Shown here: positions 24,762-45,826 of the stretch, piece by piece
Numbering within the stretch: the stretch's first letter is position 1
Layout: every line of letters starts with the position of its first letter
Assembly: GCF_006345805.1 (NCBI RefSeq)
Contig: NC_043020.1
Span: 11,966,001 to 12,030,000 of the forward strand
Length of the DNA: 64,000 nucleotides
Direction of reading: 5' to 3'
Source of the DNA: Octopus sinensis
Taxonomy: Eukaryota
The notes under the pieces: model-generated
What the model was told of the DNA's origin: nothing
Databases searched by the model: none
The model's input: the letters and a program-made list of their open reading frames with translations, nothing else
Made by a program: the position numbers and the translations under genes

Positions 24762-24990
24762 TATGAGGGCTTGGGTGTTGCTGAAAAGTTCTTGGCTTTA
24801 AGTGTATCGCGAAAGGCCTGGTTGAAGGCCCACCCTTCCGAACTCTTTAACCGGGATTAGAAAAACTGAAGGACCCCTGCAATAAGGGTGTGAATCTGAG
24901 AGGGAAATATGTTCAATAAAATCATAACTAACTGATCCTCCTGTATTTCCTTTTACCTAAAGCCAGGAACGTTTCAGCACCCTATTCATA
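24762..24990. mobile_element. Mariner-type MITE
   Basis: Inverted ends GGGTGTTGCTGAAAAGTTCTTGGCTTT / AAAGCCAGGAACGTTTCAGCACCC around a non-coding core. Confidence 0.65.
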
Positions 24991-24995
24991 TGTCA

Positions 24996-27460
<2,465 letters not shown>

Positions 27461-27699
27461 TACTGTGGAGAATTGAACCAAATTCCAGCAACAATGTATT
27501 CACGTTCTTCGTAGTGTGTTTGGTTCGATCCAGCATCAACTGTACTTTCGATTTGATTATTATCAACTACACAGAACATAATATGATTCATAGTGAGGAT
27601 CGTTTTGTCTTAGACTAATAAAGCCAAGGGCAAATTATGCAGGTGTGTCATCTACAACTCGATCGTTTGACGATTTTGAATATTTTGTCATAATTTTGC

Positions 27700-27727
27700 T
27701 TACGTCACAACAGATTATTCGGCGTCA
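27700..27727 (+). promoter_or_regulatory. CRE-like TTACGTCA plus CGTCA half-site upstream of PDE C
   Basis: TTACGTCA at 27700-27707 and CGTCA at 27723-27727, ~170-195 nt before the ATG. Confidence 0.4.
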
Positions 27728-27895
27728 TTTCGAAGACAAACCACGAAAGCATGTCTGCTGCCTGCTTCTAATTTCAAGTAGCGAAGACTACTGATTTAAA
27801 ATAAAATCAAGAAATACAGAAATTTTCATGAAACGTTTTCTAGAATACTTAGAAGCATCATTGAACCTTGTTTGGAAATTAAACTTAAAAGAAAC

Positions 27896-30800
27896 ATGGC
27901 AACAAAATTTACTGAGAAAGCAGGACTTACTGAAGAAGATGTGGATGATTTCTTGTCGAAGAATCCAGTATTCGTTAGATCATGGCTCTCTAGGCGAGGA
28001 CTGGGTGACTTGGGGGAAGAATTATACAATCAAAAATTAAAGGAAGAAGCAGTAGATTCCTTTATAGACTTCTTACAAAACATAGTGTTTCATAAGAAAC
28101 TTTCCCGAAGAAACCAAGCCGAATCTCTTACTACAAATGAAAAGTACAAAGAAATATTGAAAGTTCTTAATTCCGAGATTCATATACACTTTGTCTGTCA
28201 TAAAGTTCTTCAGAATTTATGTATCTTACTTCACAGTGAAAGAGCAAATCTTTTTATGGTTCGAGGAGTTGGAAAAGTTCAATATCTAATGTCGACCCTG
28301 TTTGATATTACATCTGACTCTACTCTTGAACAATCACTTCATACTGAAGAAAACGCACTACGCATTCCCTTCGGAAAAGGTATTGCAGGATTTGTAGCTG
28401 ATAATAAGTATCTCTTAAATATTAAGGATGTGTATCAGGATCCTCGTTTCTTAAGTGAAGTCGACGAAAAAATTGGACATCGTACCAAAAGCATTCTATG
28501 CATGCCAATTCTAGACACTGATGATAGTTTGTTAGCTGTCGCTCAAATAATAAATAAAAGAGATAATCTCTATTTTGATGCTGAAGACCAAATGATCTGC
28601 GAGAGTTTTTTGTCCTTTTGTGCCATTAGTATAAGAAGCAATAATTTCTTGCGAAGATCATTTGAGGAATTCACACAACACAAGTTATTACTAAGACTGA
28701 ATCGATGTATACTAAAATATCAAAATTCTCTGCCGAAACTAATGTCCGAAATTACCAAACTCGCCATGGAAATGTTACAGTGTGAGAGTATCAGCATTTA
28801 TTTGATTGATCCGAAAAAGGATAACCTTTGCCCAACTGATTCTTCCAAAGTTTTTCACTTATTGAAAGGAGCTTCAGATATCTCAGAACAAATTATAACA
28901 CCTAAAGTAAAGAAAGCAATTGAACAAAATATTAACAGCGGAAATACTTTCGATTTGTTTCTTTCGGGGGACCTTACTGAGCCTGACAACGTAAAGGTCG
29001 ATTATAAGATTGACAGTCAGTTGCTTTGTTTAGCTATTAGAGATGCCGGTAAGAATTTTGTTGGTTGGATCGTATACATCAAAGATTCAAAGGATATTTT
29101 TAGTCAAAATGATATCAGCATGATGGAAATATTTGCAATGTTCTGCGGTTTAGCCATCTATAATTGCCGTCTTTATGAAACTGCATCAAATATGCTGGAA
29201 CAGCTAGAATTTACAAACGAAGTACTTAGCTACTTTATTACTTGTGATCCAGAAATTGTAGATAATTTTTTAAGTATGGAGGTACTATCTTCAGGTTTTT
29301 ACCAAATTTATCGATTCGATTTCAATGACTTCATATATTCAGAGGATGACACTGTTTTGTTGGTCGTTCGCATATTTTTAGATGCCAAAACATTGCCCGT
29401 TCTCAACATATCTAAAGAATTATTATATAGGTGGATACTAACTGTTAAAAAGAACTATCGACCTGTCATCTATCATAATTGGCGTCATGCTATCAATGTT
29501 ACTCAAATGATGTTTTGTATGTTGACTACTGGCAAATTGCAAAATTATTTCACAGAATTTGAGCAGATTTGCCTATTGGTGGCTGCTTTGTGTCATGATC
29601 TTGATCATAGAGGATATAATAATGCATTTCAAGTGAAGACGGCATCTCCTCTTGCTACTCTTTACAGTACCTCTGTGTTGGAAAATCATCATATAGATCG
29701 AAGTATCAGGATATTAAAAACTGAAGATACAAATATTTTTAAAAACGTTCCAGCTGAAAAATATCAGAAGGGTCTCAAATTAATCGAGAAAGCAATCATT
29801 GCTACGGATCTCGTAGTATATTTTGAGAAAAAAAATATTTTCAAACGCAAAATAGAAGTCGAAGACCAAACGTTGTCATCTCAAGAAACCATTGATTTAC
29901 TTATTAGCATGATGATGACTGCGTGTGACCTTTCAGCTATTACTAAGCCATGGGAGGTTCAAAGAAAGACTGCTATTATGGTCGCAGCCGAATTCTTCGA
30001 ACAAGGTGACATAGAAACCAAATGTAAATATTTTGTGTTGCCTATGATGGATCGCAGTAAAAGATACGAATTGCCCAAAATGCAAGTTGGTTTTATTGAT
30101 TTTGTGTGTACATTACTTTACAAACTTCTTCATCAGGTGCATGAGGAATTAAAACCTCTTTACGATGGGATGCTCGAAAACAGAGCTCATTGGTCTCATA
30201 TTGCAAATGGTGAGGAAGAATTTGATGTTGATAGAGAGTTCGAATTAGTTTTACATAACATTTCGCTGGATAGTGCTATGACAGTCGGAGATATAGGAGA
30301 CACGGGTGTTTCGACCCAAACTCTTTTCACATTTAATCAAGAGCAAAAGGTTACTCAGACTGATATTTCAATCCCAATAGATATATGTCAACAAAAAACT
30401 ACCAAACCATCTTTGAACAATGTTGAGACAAAAACAGCGGATAGTCAAACTGAACCTCGACTTCTGAAAGTGTCTTCGGCAATAACTCAAACAGAAAGGC
30501 CTTCTTTGAGAGAATCAGAGCACTTACCGATTACAATGCCACACGAACAACCAGTGATATCTTTAGAAACACTAGAAGAATCTAACATTGGACAAGATAA
30601 GTTATCTTTACGGAGAAAAGCTTACAGTAATCATGCACAACCAACTCAGCCTTTGCCTCCAATCAACCGGCAAAGACGAACTAGTTGGATCGATGAGTTG
30701 CTGAGAACAAACGTAGCGAATTATCACAAAGCCGACGAGGAAGTCAGGCTCTGAATGCCTTACCTGATGAACCACCCAACCATTCAAAAGAATAAGTCGT

Positions 30801-31303
30801 GTTTTTCAACCACCAGTACGGCAAAAACTATCATCTTCAGAACCCGAATATAACAAAAGCATCAAAAGCATGACATCAGACGAAACCATCTCGGAAATTA
30901 GTTCTCAATATACTGTAAGGGGAAGTTTTTCAAAAGCATCGTCTGACAGAAAAACACAGGGAAACACAGAATCTGACAGAAAAACACAGGAAAACACAGA
31001 ATCTGACAGAAAAACACAGAAAAACACAGAATCTGACAGAAAAACACAGGGAAACACAGAATCTTACAGAAAAACACAGGGAAACACAGAATCTTACAGA
31101 ATCCCAGAGAATCTCTCAGAAAAACCTAAGAGCACGGAAGGAAATGAAAACACTGAAGGTTTTAAACCGCAAGCAGACTTGAAGTTAAAAAATCCAAATT
31201 TGAACAACGATAATCGACAACGGAAATGCGCGAAAATCACTGCGAAACCAAACCTCCTCAAAGACTAACCGTTTTAAAAAGCAAAATGTGCATGATATTC
31301 TAG
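27896..31303 (+). CDS. Intronless PDE5/6/11-family phosphodiesterase, type C (952 aa as assembled to 30754; ~1136 aa ending CMIF* if three 1-nt deletions in the tail are repaired)
   Basis: First ATG at 27896. Motifs INKRDNLYFDAEDQ, YHNWRH, HDLDHRG, AIIATDL, MMMTACDLSAITKPWEVQ and LPKMQVGFIDFVCT are present. Downstream frames give KRSELSQ..LNAL, FKRISRVFQPP, RQRKCAK and KMCMIF*, which match the type A and B tails. Confidence 0.9.
30942..31100 (+). repeat. Coding 30-bp minisatellite (SDRKTQ[GEK]NTE, about five units) in the PDE C tail
   Basis: TCTGACAGAAAAACACAGGGAAACACAGAA tandem units in ORF 30870-31268. Confidence 0.9.
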
Positions 31304-31857
31304 TTTCCCAGCAAAAGAGAGAACAATTACTTTACTTACTCAAAGAAAGATAAAGAATACAAATCAAAGGATTATGTAAGCCTTTCACGAAATTATTCAG
31401 TTATTTAGTATTTCAAGAACACGAGAGAAAAATAGATTGACTATTTATTTGCTTGTAACGATGTCAGCTTCAAACGTAAGAACCTATATAAACAAAAACG
31501 ATGCGAACATATGTATTTCATATACTATATTATAATAAAATATAATATATATAAGTGTGTATGTCTCCCTTCATTGTGAATATATGTGTGAGTGTATATG
31601 TTTATACAGAATTATATGTACATGCATACACACATCTATATATGAGTGTGTGTATGTATGTATGTATGTATGTATACATAAATAAATAAATATATATATA
31701 TATATATATATATAGGTAAACAGTAAAAATAATTACAGACATGGACAAGAACATGAAACACCACAGAGACGACACAAGAACCACAGGACGGGACATTCGA
31801 AGCCCTCAGTCATCAGTCAAGAACCAGATCATCTTAGCAATTTCGGCTGATTAATCT

Positions 31858-31900
<43 letters not shown>

Positions 31901-32144
31901 TATATATATATATATTATATATATATATATATACATGTGTGTATATACATATACATGTATATATATATATTATATATAATAGTTATCGCCATACTAATAT
32001 GGCATTCTTAAAAATAAGAATAAAGCTGTCGCTGATTAGCTCCATGAAGCCATCGCCTCAAGCTAGCTACTTGACACACAAACTGCGTCCATTATTAAAC
32101 CTTCGAACAGGGGAGGTCAGCCGCTTCAACCTGCTAGTCCGACA

Positions 32145-32187
32145 GCTACAGACATGTTTCAGGGTTGTTGCCCCTTCTCAATGCAGC
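32145..32187 (-). ncRNA. Minimal type I hammerhead-like motif with U3-A8 compensatory core
   Basis: The minus strand reads GCTGCA TTGAGAA GGGG-CAACAA-CCCT GAAA CATG TC TGTAGC: 6-bp stem I, 4-bp stem II, palindromic ACATGT stem III and a GUC triplet. Confidence 0.6.
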
Positions 32188-32469
32188 GTAGTCAGACCTG
32201 CAGGTGTCGCTACTGACCGTCTCCGTTCGAAGATTCTATTTACCTAGTTACGGTGGAATACATCCACTTGTTTTCAATAATAGAAATATTAAAATTACAC
32301 ACTCACACACAGACATGCACACACTCTCACACACGTACACATACATACACACACTCTCACATACACACACTCACACACACACTCTCACACACACATACAC
32401 ACACTCTCACACACACCCTCCAACGATTTAATGTTGCTCTTTAATGTCGATGTGGAAGGGTCGATCTGG

Positions 32470-32501
32470 TGTATGTTGTTGTTGTTGGTGGTGGTGGTGG
32501 T

Positions 32502-32541
<40 letters not shown>

Positions 32542-32632
32542 GTGGTGGTGGTGGTGGTGGTGGTTGTGGTGGTGGTGGTGGTGGTGGTGGTGGTGGTGGT
32601 GGTGGTGGCGGTAGTGGTGGTGGTGGTGGTGG
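32470..32632. repeat. (GGT)n/(GGC)n G-rich trinucleotide tract
   Basis: Direct tandem repeat. Confidence 0.9.
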
Positions 32633-32789
32633 TCAGGTTTGTTTTTCGTTTGTAATTGTGGCCGTGTCTGCGATTTTCGTTTGAGTTGTTGTTGAGGTAC
32701 TGATGATGGTAGAGTTGGTGGTAAAAGTGTTATGTTATGGTTGCTGTTGTTGCTGCTTGATTGTTGAGCGAAGCGGTCTTCGTCCCAGA

Positions 32790-33110
32790 GTGGGAGAAGT
32801 CTGAAACGTGGTCCTTTGCTATTCGTAAGACGCGCAGAGGAGAACGCAGGTCAACCCCTGACACCGAGAGTCTCGACGGATGGATGAATGCGCATCCAGG
32901 CTCAGCGGTTGCTTAGGAAGTCGGGGACAAGAAACAGGAAGAAAGAATGAGAGAAAGTTGGAGCAAAAGAGTACAACAGGGGTTGCCACCACCCGCTGCC
33001 GGAGCCACGTGGAGCTTTAGATATTTTCGCTCAATAAACACACACAACGCCCGGTCTTGGAATCGAAACCGCGAGTCCGCTGCCCTAACCACTGGGCCAT
33101 TGCGCCTCCA
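32790..33110 (-). mobile_element. tRNA-derived SINE, family 1 (tail variant c)
   Basis: Reverse complement of the family 1 head and core with a third, unrelated 3' tail. Confidence 0.75.
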
Positions 33111-33319
33111 CTGTTGTTGCTACTGCTGTTGCTGTTGTTGCTGTCTTCTTCTTCTTCTTCTTCTTCTTCTTCTTCTTCTTCTTCTTCTTCTTCTTCTTCT
33201 TCTTCTTCTTCTTCTTCTTCTTTTCTAATTAGGACTCACGCCATTAACCACTAAGAATAATCTCTAATTCGAACCACAGTGTGTATATAATTTCTCCCTC
33301 TCCACTGCTTCGTTATATT

Positions 33320-33530
33320 ATATATCCAATGCTAGGATATAAAAGTTTTACATTCCTATATTTAAGAGATGGGGAATTAAGTTCATTATTTACATTATTT
33401 ACATTTAACGGATATTTGTCCTCATCTTGTTTGTTGTTAACACAGCGTTTCGGCTGATATACCCTCCAGGCTTCTTCAGGTGTCTTGGGGAAATTTCGAA
33501 CCTGGATTCTCATTCCTAAGGTATTTTACG
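33320..33530 (-). mobile_element. Penelope-type terminal-repeat remnant carrying a decayed canonical hammerhead (33439-33484)
   Basis: The minus strand reads GACAC CTGAAGA A GCCTG...CAGCC GAAA CG CT GTGTT. The core is canonical but stem II has a mismatch and U16.1 is C. Confidence 0.5.
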
Positions 33531-33560
33531 ATGTTATTATTATTATTATTATTATTATTA

Positions 33561-33637
<77 letters not shown>

Positions 33638-33717
33638 GTTGTTGTTGTTGTTATTGTTATTGTTATCATTATAATAATAATAAAAATAATAACAATAACA
33701 ATAACAATAACAATAAC

Positions 33718-33767
<50 letters not shown>

Positions 33768-34019
33768 ATCCACGTGCGGACACGCCTATACATAAAGAGA
33801 ACAAATGGAGGAAGAGGACTGATAAGTGTGGAAGACTGCGTGCGTATCGAACTCGAGAACTTAATGGGATACCTATCCCAAAGTAAGGAAACCTTGCAAG
33901 TGACAGTTAGGAACAAGGGAGTATTGAATGCAGAGAAAAAGACGAAAAATTCTGTAAATGAACAATCTGGTGTGATTATTTTAATGGCCTACCAATGTAT
34001 ACAGTGAGCTTCTTTGGCC

Positions 34020-34090
<71 letters not shown>

Positions 34091-34299
34091 ATATGTATGA
34101 TATATATATAGGCTAATATATATATATATATATGTGTGTGTGTATAATATATTATATATATATATATATATATAATTGTGTGTGTGTGTGTGTGTGTGCA
34201 TATATATATATATATACATATGTATAATATATATATATATATGTGTGTGTGGTGTGTGTGTGTGTGTTGTGTAATATATATATGTATAATATATTTATG

Positions 34300-34335
<36 letters not shown>

Positions 34336-34412
34336 TATATATTATATATTATATATAATATATTATATATATATATGTGTGTGTGTGTGTGTATGTGTGT
34401 GGTGAGTAAAGC

Positions 34413-34489
<77 letters not shown>

Positions 34490-34530
34490 TATATATATAT
34501 AATATATATATTATATATATCATATATATA

Positions 34531-35100
34531 TTACGTTATATTTAAGTTCAGTAAAATAATTACTTTACCACCCGAACTTTTAAAATAGCAGCCAAAAATT
34601 TTGGCCATTTCATCTACTATAAGAAAAGTCTCCCAGACAATGTATACTCAAAACTACTTCCCGCAGGTATAGAGGGGAAAATAACGAAAGATCACACGTA
34701 CATCGATTAGTTGATAACGCCGCTTCTGGATTATTTGGATATATTTTGAATTCGTTAGTACTGGCAGTCGAAGATGGTTTGTCTGGTATTACTCATATCA
34801 GACGGGTATGTTCGATTTTTAGTGCTCTCTAATTCAAACCAAAAGAAATCTTGGGCTGATGACGAAAATGTTGATCTCTATATCCAACTAATCCAGAAAC
34901 GGCGTTCTCAACTAATCGATGTACGTGTGATCTTTCGTTATTTTTCCCTCTATACTTGCGGGAATTATTTTTGAGTATACATTGTCTGGGAAACTTTTCT
35001 TATAGTAGATGAAATGGCTAAAATCTTTTGGCTGCTATTTCTAAAAGTCCGGTGTGTGGTAAAGTAAATTATTTTACTGAACCCTAATTATATAACGTAA
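34531..35100. mobile_element. Fold-back MITE, ~570 bp with ~210-bp inverted arms
   Basis: TTACGTTATA...GTTCAGTAAAATAATTACTTTACC is mirrored by GGTAAAGTAAATTATTTTACTGAAC...TATAACGTAA; the arms match along their length. Confidence 0.85.
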
Positions 35101-35351
35101 TGTTTTAATATACCGTAAATGGGTCTTTTTACATACTGAACACTACTTGGTAATATTATTAATTAATAATTAATTTTACCCTTTTATTATTGACTATATA
35201 TATATATATTACGGATATGTACTCGCATAGCAAGTAATTTGATCTGAGATCGTGTGCTGAAACGAAAACAATTGCAGCGTGGAAGGTGTTTATAAGCCAT
35301 TTAAGAAACAGAACAAAAGCCGTTCGATTCACTTCAACATTTAAGTTTAAT

Positions 35352-35399
35352 TTGTCAAAATATTTTCGTCGCTAAAATCCGCGACCTGTTCACTGACAA
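35352..35399 (-). ncRNA. Minimal type I hammerhead-like motif with G3-C8 compensatory core
   Basis: The minus strand reads TTGTCA GTGAACA G GTCGC-GGATTTTA-GCGAC GAAA ATAT TT TGACAA: perfect 6-bp stem I, perfect 5-bp stem II, palindromic AATATT stem III and a UUU triplet. Confidence 0.55.
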
Positions 35400-35407
35400 A
35401 GTCCGTG

Positions 35408-35477
<70 letters not shown>

Positions 35478-35517
35478 ATATATATATATGACTATATATA
35501 TATATATATAGATATAT

Positions 35518-35613
<96 letters not shown>

Positions 35614-35639
35614 AATATATATATATTTATATCGATATA

Positions 35640-35708
<69 letters not shown>

Positions 35709-36454
35709 CTGAAAAAGGAGAAAACTTTTGATCAACAAACAACAAAAGAAATTCCGAAAATATTTTTCGTGAATATTATTTTCGGAATTTTATTTGTAAG
35801 CACCGATCGACATCGGCAGCCGAAACGGCCGTAAGAAATATTATGTTATGTTATGTTGTGTATTAAAAAATAATCAGCCGATGTTGGTCAATTTGTTTAT
35901 TTGTTGATCAAAAGTTTTCTTCTTTTTCATTTCTGCTAATTTAAATTTGATTCCTGATAACGTTTTCCAACCGTTAACTCTGTTTACCTTTACGATCAGG
36001 CAAATCCTTAGGTATAAAAAGGGGTCAACTTCTGAACGCAACAGTAAAATTGTAAAATCAGTGAATTACGTAACATTCAAGGATGAAATTATGTAACGAA
36101 AATGTGTTTTATATAAGTCAATTAAAAGATATATTTGATAATTCAGCGATCCATTTGCAAATAAATTAATATCCAAAGAATTTAATGTCCAGTATTTGAT
36201 TGTTCAAAGATATATTGTAAAGAGTTCGATCCGTATGCAGCTCTTTTCATCTCTCTTTCTTTACTATCAACGCCAATCCGTTAAAAGAGAACAGTTGTCT
36301 AGGCAACGTCATTTCAACTCTCATCACAAAACGCTTATCTCCCCTCAAACAGAGTTCTCTCCCTTCATTATACTTTCTCATTTGCACTGATTGTAGATAT
36401 ACGTAAATTTCTCCCGCTTAAAGGAAGAAAGTTGAACGCAGGGAAAACTTTCTT

Positions 36455-36892
36455 GGATCTTTTCAGTTTGAACGGCAGTTTTTTTTTAATTATTTCCACG
36501 TAACTAAACACTTTTAAACTTTGTATACTGGTAGAATGTGTTTATAAAACATCTTTTTCTTTTGACTTTCTTGAGAAAATTCTATAGTTTCTAAGATATT
36601 TGTTGTTGTTTTTCTTCAATTTCTGCAATTTCAACCAATCAATGATGTCCATTTCGGGTGAAAACATTTTGTGTCGTATGAATATGTCCTTCGTTTAAGA
36701 AACAGATTTGAAGAACAAAAGATACCCTTCCCCCCACCACTAACCCTAACTAACCCTAACCCTAAAACAGATTGAAATGCAATAGATCGATACTAGGGTC
36801 ATAATTATGGGTGACAATTTCATATGACACCGCTAGAAAAAACTGCCGTTCAAACCGAAAGGATCCACATTCGTATTTGCAATGACAAAATT
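36455..36892. mobile_element. MITE-like element with ~30-bp inverted ends and internal CCCTAA-like units
   Basis: GGATCTTTTCAGTTTGAACGGCAGTTTTT / AAAAACTGCCGTTCAAACCGAAAGGATCC. Confidence 0.7.
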
Positions 36893-36934
36893 TGAGAACT
36901 GCATAAGGAATGCAAATACATTTAACATACCGAC

Positions 36935-37150
36935 ACAATCAGCGGACTCGAAATATTGCATCTGCAATGACATTGTCTTTACCTTTAATATGTTGAATAT
37001 TGAGATTAAATTCTTGCAAAGATAAACTCCATCTCATTAATCTCTGATTTTTGTTCTTCATCTTGTGCAGATAAGTCAGCGGATTGTGGCCAGTGAACAC
37101 TTCAATGGGATACTTGGTGGTTCCCAAATATACGTCAAAATCTTGCAATG
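36935..37150 (-). mobile_element. Ty3/gypsy pol relic (RNase H C-terminal region)
   Basis: GHNPLTYLHKMKNKNQRLMRWSLSLQEFNLNIQHIKGKDNVIADA matches the DHxPL...RLxRWxLxLQEF...GKxNxxADxLSR motif. Confidence 0.85.
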
Positions 37151-37865
37151 ACAACAACAAAACAAGGGTTTCTTCCTCAATGGTAGAATAATTTCGCTGG
37201 TGTTTACTCTTTTACTTGTTTCAGTCATTTTGACTGTGGCCATGCTGGAGCACCGCAAATCGACCCCAGAACTTATTCATTGAAAGCCTAGTACTTATTG
37301 TATGGGGCTCCTTTTACCGAACCGCTAAGATACGGGGACGTAAACACATCAGCATCGGTTGTCAAGCGATGTTGGGGGTACAAACACAGACACACACACA
37401 TACATACGACGGGCTTCTTTCAGTTTCCGTCTACCAAATCCACTGACAAGGCTTTGGTCGGCCCGAGGCTATAGTAGAAGGCACTTGCCCATGGTGCCAT
37501 GCAGTGGGACTGAACCCGGAACCGTGTGACTCGTAAGCAAGCAACTTACCACACAGCCACTCCGACGCCTATAATTTATTTATTTATATTTATCATTTTG
37601 TCTTCGTTTCGTTTTTTGCTTTCTCTTTTTCTTTCTTTCTTTCTTTTCCGAATAAAAGGTCGTTTTCCACTTTGTTTTATACAAGACTTCGTGGTCCCCT
37701 GGCCGTGCTGTCTGAAATTTATAACAGGAAAAACTGGGAATAAAAAAGTTAAAAAATAAAAGAAAATAGTCTAATAATGGGGTATATAAGCCCCTGACAT
37801 ATATGTGTATGCGTATGTATGTATGTATGTATGTATGTATGTATGTATGTATGTATGTATGTATG

Positions 37866-44434
<6,569 letters not shown>

Positions 44435-44565
44435 GCATGTATGTATGTATGGATGGATGGATGGATGGACGGATTGTATGTATGTATGATGTATGTATGT
44501 ATGTATGTATGTATGTATGTGTGTGTATGTATGTATGTGTGTATGTATGTATGTATGCATGTATG

Positions 44566-44600
<35 letters not shown>

Positions 44601-44680
44601 GTGTGTGTATGTATGTGTGTATGTATGCATATATGTATGTATGTATGTATGTATGCATATATATATGTATGTCTGTATGC

Positions 44681-44713
<33 letters not shown>

Positions 44714-45249
44714 TGTATGTATGTATGTATGTATGTATGTGTGTGTATGTGTGTATGTATGTATGTATGTGTTTGTGTGTGTATGTGTGTATGTATGTAT
44801 GTATGTATATATGTATGTATTTATGTATGTATGTATGTATGTATGTATGTATGTATGTATGTATGTATGTATGTGTGTATGTGTGTATCCCTACATCCAT
44901 CCCCTTTGTCCGCTTTTCCCGGGTGAGTTGTCCAGCACCTCCTCCATAGGGACCTACAAGAAGCAACTGCCATTATACTTTCCTGCTCGATTCAGAAGTG
45001 TAACCAACCATGGATATCATCCAACCAGTTCGTTCTTGGTCTACCCTTTGGTCTTCTGTCCGTTCGCTCGGTTTGAAGAGAATCTGTCTTGCGATTCCTT
45101 CCTGCGGCATTCTAATCTCATATATGTAGTGCAGAAACTATGATCTCTCAACGATGAGAACATTGTGGCGTGTGTGACCTGGGGACACTCCACTGTACTC
45201 CGAACTACGCATCCTGTCGAACAACGTTGCTCCAGAGATCCTTATAGGA

Positions 45250-45292
<43 letters not shown>

Positions 45293-45435
45293 TAGACAGA
45301 CGGGGGGACGGACGGGCAGACGGACAGACGGACGGGCAGACGGGCGGACGGGTAGACGGACAGACAGAAGGACGGACGGAGCGATAGATGGGTTTGGATA
45401 GACAGACAGACAGACAGATAGATAGATAGATAGAC

Positions 45436-45498
<63 letters not shown>

Positions 45499-45503
45499 CA
45501 GAC

Positions 45504-45545
<42 letters not shown>

Positions 45546-45596
45546 ACAGACAGACAGACAGACAGACAGACGGACGGACGGACGGACGGACGGTCG

Positions 45597-45679
<83 letters not shown>

Positions 45680-45749
45680 GGACGGACGGACGGACGGACG
45701 GACGGACAGACAGACAGACAGACAGACACACAGACAGACACACAGACAG

Positions 45750-45789
<40 letters not shown>

Positions 45790-45790
45790 T

Positions 45791-45826
<36 letters not shown>

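Noticed and set aside
32470-32632. Functional G-quadruplex or glycine-rich exon
   Set aside because: A simple GGT/GGC expansion with no splice or coding context.
33439-33484. Active canonical hammerhead
   Set aside because: The CUGAAGA core is intact but U16.1 is C and stem II has a mismatch; kept only as a decayed relic.
35821-35840. Other partial hammerhead-like strings (GAAACGGCCGTA here; also ~7400-7455, ~20228-20275, ~31805-31850, ~1895-1960)
   Set aside because: Only half of the core or stems can be assembled; too degenerate to support.
36738-36766. Interstitial telomere (CCCTAA)
   Set aside because: Only about three imperfect units, and they lie inside a MITE-like element.
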